DNA from: a virus | Direction: 5' to 3' (one strand) | Virus record (IMG/VR): IMGVR_UViG_3300030333_008334 | Span: 32,001 to 96,000 of that record | Length of the DNA: 64,000 nucleotides | Shown: piece by piece, positions 60,401 to 64,000 of the stretch | Position numbering within the stretch: position 1 is the stretch's first letter | Layout of the letters: each line of letters opens with the position of its first letter | The notes under the pieces: generated by a model | Told to the model about the DNA's origin: nothing | Database searches by the model: none | The model's input: only the letters and a program-made list of their open reading frames with translations | Made by a program: the position numbers and the translations under genes

Positions 60401-61878
60401 AATTTTGCCTTACTTATATCTCCATCAAAAGGTACACTATCTAAAAATTTTCTAGGGCACGCTACTAAAATATAATGTTTTCCGTCGCGGGGCGATCGAT
60501 AAATACCATAAGGGCCAGGCTTTTGTGATGGCGGCAAAATGCCACTAATAAGCTGTACATCAGAATTAGGAATATGAGCAACTATATTTGTAACAGGCGC
60601 ATATACCTCATTCCCGGGAACACCATCAGGAGAATATGGATCTTGCTCTGATATTTTTGCTTCTAATTTTTTTGTGTCTCCTAGATCAACAGCCGATAAA
60701 TCTTTCTTAAAAAATTTAAATATTTTCTGTATACCTTCTGTGCGCGCCATTAAATGTCCAGCAGCGCTGCCTACAACCTTGGTACACCAAAATTCTTCTC
60801 CCTGAAGACTGGGATCAGGCACTTCTAAATCAGGATCTTGCGACAAATAATCCCATTGCCAAGTTCTCAGCTGCAGCATTCTTAAGCGCCAGCCACTTAG
60901 GCCCCACTGTGGCTTTGTTGGCAACGGCGCGCTCGTTAATCCTTCGGGTAGAAGAATATTTGGATTAGCTAATACCTTTTCGTAGCCATGATAATTTAAT
61001 TGATATTCGCGAGTTTGAATTGCATCTAAGTTTTGTTGAGGGGTCGGAAGCGCTATTTGATCTAATTTTGGCCCCCAGCGTTCGCCTTTAATATAAGGAC
61101 CATGCTTGTCTTTTGGCAAGCCAGGATAATATGTAGCGAATGTCGGCAATCTAGTTAATATTGGAGTGCATAAATCCATTTCCTTGGCCCAGTTATAGCC
61201 ACTCATTTTATCTAGAGAATTTGCTATAGGCTGTCCAGAGGGTAATAAATTCTGTGGCTCTGCACTTGGAACCGGGCGGGGATGCCATGGCGTATTTTGC
61301 GTCGGGGTCGGAGCATCTTCAGCTATTTCTTCTGCTTGAATAGAAGCTGCTAATAAATTTGAAATTGCATTTCCAAAATTAGTTTGATCTAAAATAATTT
61401 CAGCATCATATGTAAAATTGTTACCAGAACCGGCGCCGCTAATCGCACTAAATGTAGTTCCACTCCAATTTGATTTCCAGCTAACAACAAAATCTGGGCT
61501 GCCTGACCATCCAGAATCAAAATTAGGCCAATCTTGTGCGACTGTATCATCTAAATTAAGAACAAATAAGTCAGATAATGTCTCTGAATAGTTTATAGCG
61601 TCTGGTGCGGAAATATTATGATTTCCATTTGGACCTTCTGGAATTCCAACCGCTGCTCTTTGTATTTTTCTTTCATCACTAATTTGTGTAAAGAAATCAA
61701 AAAACGCGTTTGATATTGCCTGTCTGGCGCCTTTGATAATTTCTCCCTTCGCCAGGTCGGACATTTCACTATTCCAGGCGCCGTTAACCTGTTGATATTC
61801 TTTCCAAAAAGCGCTGTGGTCTTGAATCTGACCGGCAAACACTGTGGCGGCGGCATTTATTTTTATTGTGTAACCCAT
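51439..61878 (-). CDS. Giant (3479 aa) acidic, largely helical protein between gp5-like and gp25
   Basis: Intact ORF; HxH cluster, WxxGxW-like repeats, C-terminal coiled coil followed by a Pro-rich hydrophobic segment; function unknown. Confidence 0.7.
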   Translation of the reverse strand: MGYTIKINAAATVFAGQIQDHSAFWKEYQQVNGAWNSEMSDLAKGEIIKGARQAISNAFFDFFTQISDERKIQRAAVGIPEGPNGNHNISAPDAINYSETLSDLFVLNLDDTVAQDWPNFDSGWSGSPDFVVSWKSNWSGTTFSAISGAGSGNNFTYDAEIILDQTNFGNAISNLLAASIQAEEIAEDAPTPTQNTPWHPRPVPSAEPQNLLPSGQPIANSLDKMSGYNWAKEMDLCTPILTRLPTFATYYPGLPKDKHGPYIKGERWGPKLDQIALPTPQQNLDAIQTREYQLNYHGYEKVLANPNILLPEGLTSAPLPTKPQWGLSGWRLRMLQLRTWQWDYLSQDPDLEVPDPSLQGEEFWCTKVVGSAAGHLMARTEGIQKIFKFFKKDLSAVDLGDTKKLEAKISEQDPYSPDGVPGNEVYAPVTNIVAHIPNSDVQLISGILPPSQKPGPYGIYRSPRDGKHYILVACPRKFLDSVPFDGDISKAKLIDYENECEQHGGCFEAFYDLNAMSFDSAMKKVANILRKYKKRVDNFKSSGGSIDHVDLEHEAKQLERLPRQLDDFLKYPGQGYNPEGFPDGLSTENSMLELMARGDNMQLMHIAFGQDTAALNICSVGIECLRDNISPTTMHLAFLYKDIISFDARSKNTDKWQEFISAVIYPAIKIYPSGKEAPSDDQAEKAELMELNKKSVLTRQERDRQLELLNRPWAIRDRAALLAERLRIMDSDDDPIFEKSFLESQEWRDFEEIYLKLLNQVDMKNVWAQIMKCLSNLAGIPLTGEALCEYLFREILKAIGIGEMRKMLGVSGAMAMGMVDGITTSAFGGTPEEIFLGETASGPSVIQQGLQRMDDISAAAAGKLAAQGALAEHELAADSTGAIANLGYEEYAAGGSKDQTGQVASATGDVAQFMSDVSIASNEIDTFIEELKQFLDFKKVCADITQFVLDLPGDFFDDPGAVLHDFTTPDGSFDWEFLEDFVPDLPTPPKFVFPELGKVTSENGDLMDVYEDALWKVTAGIISGLMDGAMSELMNACLTEEGPGPNVGEGEYGAFENQVPAFANAIAPSPALTQAFDNYNLPVDNSAKFMKAVAKMLTGREMCNLFNGISPQSILILIRGLIEKDFQEYLPALSTLPDIRMFFTHVGAFIDLKVCDEFEQYIPYVDDLCEDFDSMAGKRKALEKHGFSEEEIQAQLRNELNENLNKIKDLMALMRQDPSSMLKDKMPSFKCEDLVPGGILPSVARSNKIVLDTIFDGIKTIFEKEAGSFKAIISPDPAREASAAAEMAEIMGEMDEYVASAYDVERYPRQYDGTLRSTIDHTTGEQDGSTIMPGRGRLVTHMSEPDGKCMVLKGLPWNGQNAVIEEHADEDGPDMKDIEGVYADMYNEPDKNYYDGPTLKLRTPAVLLHEDEWWNRWMQNWPRGRNGNRHRYNNNVAVILNNQCEWLGEVGQNRHVAKNYKAIVDFAYEDNIRALFDFFIQYGKGWYPLPANVQFGSENYKMWETFQEETFAGLEFPEGFGTFPINHQRIVQSFKKYVYDIVMYPRRATEGQEIEYFRYQQDGKNPFGQGGVDPDGQPNHDKYSKMVLQDSSLLIPLQDLRDHGLVFSMPTQDFASLMDSRPRIFPFQRLRDTLSNPSYLGTQESYTRNLVPGKYMPIDGEEEVWTEGYWQQPDPNSEPVWVEGSYKKPGEWIPPRYEINAEKMTTKHIFKIPKKLASQHTLDVLGNSSFSPDKTGDNNRQNNAIGADVLNSLGQADPKAAKALRGVVSMAVTGKPDPTSDYTEQQEKSVTKIMDRLANSELSIEYELIESELLPNTHVHDDVCMVKVKNGGLTLAKQLERNAYPEYFTSLLEVLGMPEGEYPKTIAELFGMLVVSKIKNKIPGASPRSLTSPRDFTFPRESEEEIKEVFARYIHPKETNRILNEFRERTLLSPFFDLKFVDKFLQKLFLNSWSDICEFTGGTVSEKLLGIGPLREQVDERLREVLCRQPFEISTEDEKIAKERANYKKLVEDSRDEALGLEPIEEAVLDGLVQLRLRVSALQIMFEYMPTASVFDTTFVLSREFFRKTAFERVRNQLMQESEEYYELIASRCSAVILDELEGGSGITNHPDKSYHKHTYEIDENGDGWAVEIIEPGADPKGYGRPHRHRIKNYLVHTAWYNEDLEKNYSHKHLLESKHRRYEPELALEVIFDRQYTLIVTTINNLMDELGYANYRIKTQEEYAEKLTSMRFTTGLNPYQLYDTFQPSYFEEGEEINPAGNDKESGQLFINMNDPDNKLITYTEGGVLNQGDRKVGGALMSDGSHIYGKSFYTFESEKELFSEGGFVLQPYIYVQHKDKLGRKHEPGQNTKIYDVAFNRVKADGTPVEYPQPDPSSGDFYSFDYDQLVNSDPFVQYFQDQGRPKEKLNEYGVSSIKFWDDILQLIGGSFDYLYTAKAETPLGTRRPLGWNFDTSLMWNNVGLHPKENPAFWNNVVPKINGWFSTIYMFDSMRPCQGHFSYHSDTNTENIDQLSNAGKTNHDMWYQNTWSGIVDPTAPNSYNTTMLEEIMKSESRASMYAGECQAFIKVGVPCSRHYAATHDLEFDISGLPFATQETLESAGLDNLTGWRDVSFPFASPSGKNAHETYNSYIKDMGAPNIAFELGLNEDGTIDEIYLNEDGTGNVQAHDLGHFPVQNPNYTGTITFQSIYKQYLRALKAYRIQFYKEEGITYGAVNVGITPGFVLDGITTDETLVSAEGLFNPIDPMTGGYSQVQKDSYSQKISRAEHRALGAAFDHVAFLAFTFNNIKKNPAALEKQKAEGKEDDFGMDFMVQKTIDSAPETTNLSNEFADRGVHDQVIIRPSSATTPFFLGDIRIPTSNTQVITWQDVIDWAQWIMVTNDEYRNSVTGGGAWLYGVNEQEGPLALGRAFPRLYLEYGQNTETSTAGYETGTVNWNAIVSKERELAGDPLWADPDIDQSRGARLTFWTGQYETVTYPAKESVDAITLQYFADYFDCMKYGLRLLYVPPSKPYGMWPDTTNIEENTKIISKVDEAFDNLISRIEQNNLEGKANTGLKDLSNAYLASKAFDITEYMPNQKADTNLDVDSYSKQSWRLHPIPMADVRVNVEYIYCTAGPLEFSSFKPQEAGGRGTLMSGYYDALPILLQKLRSTPEYTLLFDHIFPYERLLSLTCMHTGLSNQDVRMENRFKATRETILDFIMSMIDQQELPFSMQKYGSVSNYKAGHSGTSTSAPDTAWTDIALRMLYTAPRLILKGVVTLTDPCVSTAIAINDLVMTVVQTSITVAEQVRDGSVASMNVVISELEGQIDILKQELELANSAVEIAELAVATAEAAQPRDEVFIDQLRQDFEEAEKAVNTVNETIATAENALGEARDTLNVFEQEVSDIINTIKGVVEALSPYIVPGISFAQMPSMIPFGFLFPPPPFGPGVGPPMTSFGFIYCLLLIIEGVIDDLDGKKQSIIEEYKDGSPQDACTVSPF

Positions 61879-61888
61879 ATTCTACTCT

Positions 61889-62896
61889 TTAATTTGTTAA
61901 ATTATACCGGCTCAAGTGCGGCCACAGACCTTCATTTAAAATTTTGTTATATTCTGATATTGGCAAAGGCTTGCTACCTAAACCCCAGTTTACTTTTAGA
62001 TTTTTGAGTCTCTGCTGGTATTTGGACAATTCAGCTTTTTGTTGTTTTACTAATTGTAACTGAAGATTGGGTATTGTTTTAAGCAGTTCTTTAGAAATAG
62101 TAGTGTCTGTAAAATAAAACCCATAATGTTCATGTTCAACTATATACTTCCACGACTGTATCAACCGGCTTAATGAGGCATCGAGTAATTCTGAAAGTTC
62201 TAACATATAATCAATTATCTTTTCCAATAAGACATTTAAGTTGAAGCCCTTAACTAATGGCTGTACAGCTCCAAGAATATATTTATCTGTTGCTGTTGAC
62301 GTTTGATTTCCGGCTATTAAGTGAATTCCTCCAACTGATTTTATTTTTCCATTCTTCGGACCTCTAGAATCATAAGGATCTGTATACGTAACTAGTTTAA
62401 TTGTACGGCGGCCAACGACTCTAACATCGTCGGCTTTAATTCCAATTCCCGAAAGTGCTTTGGAATGAGGACCTTGTTTAATATTCAAATAATCATCTAT
62501 GTCAGTCTTTTGGCTAATATAAATTCTTGCTGCATCATTTCGAAAATTAACATTTGTAAACATTTCTTCGCCATTTTTATAAGCTTCTGTTGATCGACCA
62601 ACTACAATATCAATTGCGCCGCACTGTGTGTCGCCTAGGCCGCTGTATCCGCTAGCAACAGAACTTCTTCGATCGCGTCCTAAAACCACATAGCAATTGT
62701 TGACTTTACTCGATCCCGGCACTGTTTCTTCGCATGCAGCTTTAATATAAGTAGCAGAATTATCAATAGTTATATCACCTTGTATGCCACTTATTTTAGC
62801 AGCTGCAAGATCGATCGGAGACGCATTGTTGTGTACTCTTTGCTGCTCTGGACTTAAATTTTCATCTCTTTTGATAGCGGGTTTTTTTTCTGACAT
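61889..62896 (-). CDS. Baseplate central spike-like protein (gp5/gp138-type)
   Basis: Beta-repeat segments (VVLGRD, AIDIVVGR, ARIYISQKTDID, IGIKADDVRVVGRRTIKL), QPLVKG and an HEH motif; positioned upstream of gp25/gp6. Confidence 0.6.
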   Translation of the reverse strand: MSEKKPAIKRDENLSPEQQRVHNNASPIDLAAAKISGIQGDITIDNSATYIKAACEETVPGSSKVNNCYVVLGRDRRSSVASGYSGLGDTQCGAIDIVVGRSTEAYKNGEEMFTNVNFRNDAARIYISQKTDIDDYLNIKQGPHSKALSGIGIKADDVRVVGRRTIKLVTYTDPYDSRGPKNGKIKSVGGIHLIAGNQTSTATDKYILGAVQPLVKGFNLNVLLEKIIDYMLELSELLDASLSRLIQSWKYIVEHEHYGFYFTDTTISKELLKTIPNLQLQLVKQQKAELSKYQQRLKNLKVNWGLGSKPLPISEYNKILNEGLWPHLSRYNLTN

Positions 62897-62905
62897 TTAT
62901 ATACC

Positions 62906-64000
62906 TTACTTTCTCAGTTCTTTTATCATATCAATAATTGAAGTATTGACATGATTTCCATTAGATAACATTTGTGCTGCAGAAGGAACTCCATTGAATA
63001 GACATAGCCAATCAGCTGCATGAGTGCTTTGTGTTTGTATCATGGCTTCAAAATTACCCCAAACTTGCCTGGTCTTCGGATCTTGTCTTCCTGTGCCTAA
63101 CACCGGAGCAAACGCAACGCCTGCTCGGTTTGCTAATTCCCAATTAGTTTTCCATTTCTTTGTCTGTGTATTTGCTCCGCCGGTTTCGCCTGACGAATAT
63201 TGCATTGGAGAAAAAATATCAAACATTTTATTAATTTGTGTTTGCACTGGCTTTAATGCCGGCTGGGCTCGATATGTCATACAACAGTTAGCCAATGGTA
63301 TACCCGGAGCCACAGCTCTAAAGGCTTTAAGAAACTCAGCTAAACGACCAGCGGGATCTTCATAGAAGGGCTGACCTTCAACTCCACACCAGTGTTTTTC
63401 TGCATTAACCCAGTGACATTTAGATCCGAGCGCTTTGGCTGCTTTTCCTGCCACAGTACCTTCAACCTTTGCTCTCTCATAATCAGTCGCATAAACCCAT
63501 GACCATGTATGAAAAGAAATACCAGCTGACTCGCACAGGCGTTTTTGTTGCTTCGATTGTTCTAAGAATTTAGAACTATTTCTTCCGTCAGCGCATTTAG
63601 CCGCCATAAACGACAAATGCTTTAGATTTTCTATTTCCAATACCGGGCCTTTAAGCCCGCTGACTGTGTTCATAAGCCCAACTGCAGGGCCGTTTTCTTT
63701 TCTTTCTACGGCTGCGGCTACTTTTCCAGCTAATGGTCTGTGGCTGTAAACTCGACATGGACGACATTCTGGGGGCTTTGGCCACTTTTCAAGTTTGTTT
63801 TGCAAATCTTCTATTAGCTTTTCTGTTGCAGCTAATTCATCTTTTAGGCTTTGCGGAACATCTGTGCCGGCAGCTTTTATTTTGTCCTGTATTTCTTTTC
63901 TCTGTTTTTGTAATCGGTTTAAATCATTGACAACAGCGCTTCTAGAGGAGCTGTTGATTTTCTGACCCATTTTTTTGTACGCTTCTTTCATTCCGTCAAT
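62906..64000 (-). CDS. Protein with C-terminal glycoside-hydrolase-like TIM barrel (possibly 5'-truncated)
   Basis: Coiled coil, then AAKCADG...GISFHTWSWVY...HWVNAE...DIFSPMQY, reminiscent of GH25/DUF1906-type muramidases; frame is open to the window edge. Confidence 0.5.
   Translation of the reverse strand: MDGMKEAYKKMGQKINSSSRSAVVNDLNRLQKQRKEIQDKIKAAGTDVPQSLKDELAATEKLIEDLQNKLEKWPKPPECRPCRVYSHRPLAGKVAAAVERKENGPAVGLMNTVSGLKGPVLEIENLKHLSFMAAKCADGRNSSKFLEQSKQQKRLCESAGISFHTWSWVYATDYERAKVEGTVAGKAAKALGSKCHWVNAEKHWCGVEGQPFYEDPAGRLAEFLKAFRAVAPGIPLANCCMTYRAQPALKPVQTQINKMFDIFSPMQYSSGETGGANTQTKKWKTNWELANRAGVAFAPVLGTGRQDPKTRQVWGNFEAMIQTQSTHAADWLCLFNGVPSAAQMLSNGNHVNTSIIDMIKELRK

Noticed and set aside
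47667-62896. Bacterial contractile injection system (eCIS/T6SS) interpretation of gp25/gp6/spike genes
   Set aside because: The same strand carries capsid, portal, terminase, protease and primase, so this is a phage.
353-63930. Numerous plus-strand ORFs and short alternative-frame minus-strand ORFs in the track
   Set aside because: All overlap long, motif-bearing minus-strand genes and read as antisense or frame shadows without recognisable motifs.
1-64000. Stop-codon reassignment as in some jumbo phages
   Set aside because: Genes up to 11.6 kb are intact in the standard code, coding density is near complete, and TAA, TAG and TGA all terminate genes.
1-64000. CRISPR array, tRNA, rRNA, introns, inteins, transposases
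   Set aside because: No spaced direct repeats seen; intergenic gaps are short and explained. TerL, primase and portal cores have no intein-sized inserts.

Overview
This 64-kb, AT-rich window comes from a large T4-related (jumbo-type) myophage genome. Every credible gene is on the minus strand, and no stop-codon reassignment is evident. In transcription order (right to left) the window holds five blocks. (1) Baseplate module: putative glycoside hydrolase, gp5-like spike, a 3479-aa giant protein, gp25, gp6, a DNRLRE-like protein, a 3884-aa LamG/MAM wedge-like giant, an FN3 protein and four tail-collar-like paralogues. (2) DNA-metabolism island: RuvC-like resolvase, DnaG primase, a putative capsid-internal protein, a His-box desaturase/hydroxylase and a single-chain Mre11-Rad50 fusion behind a near-consensus sigma70 promoter. 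(3) Putative lysis cassette: holin-like, HExxH and two spanin-like proteins. (4) Head module: TerL, portal, core proteins, prohead protease and ribosomal protein bS21. (5) Four fibre genes plus one small putative virion gene, followed by scaffold and major capsid protein (truncated at the left edge). The least explained signals are as follows. A [S/T]-G-S tripeptide is strongly enriched in a subset of virion proteins (candidate modification sequon). The palindrome GCCGGC/RCCGGY is heavily iterated. A 21-aa Cys-Cys leader peptide plus hairpin sits in front of the prohead protease. An orphan 12-nt Shine-Dalgarno and a recurring CTAnTTA late-promoter-like motif are also present. All functional calls come from motif recognition by eye; no database searches were run.
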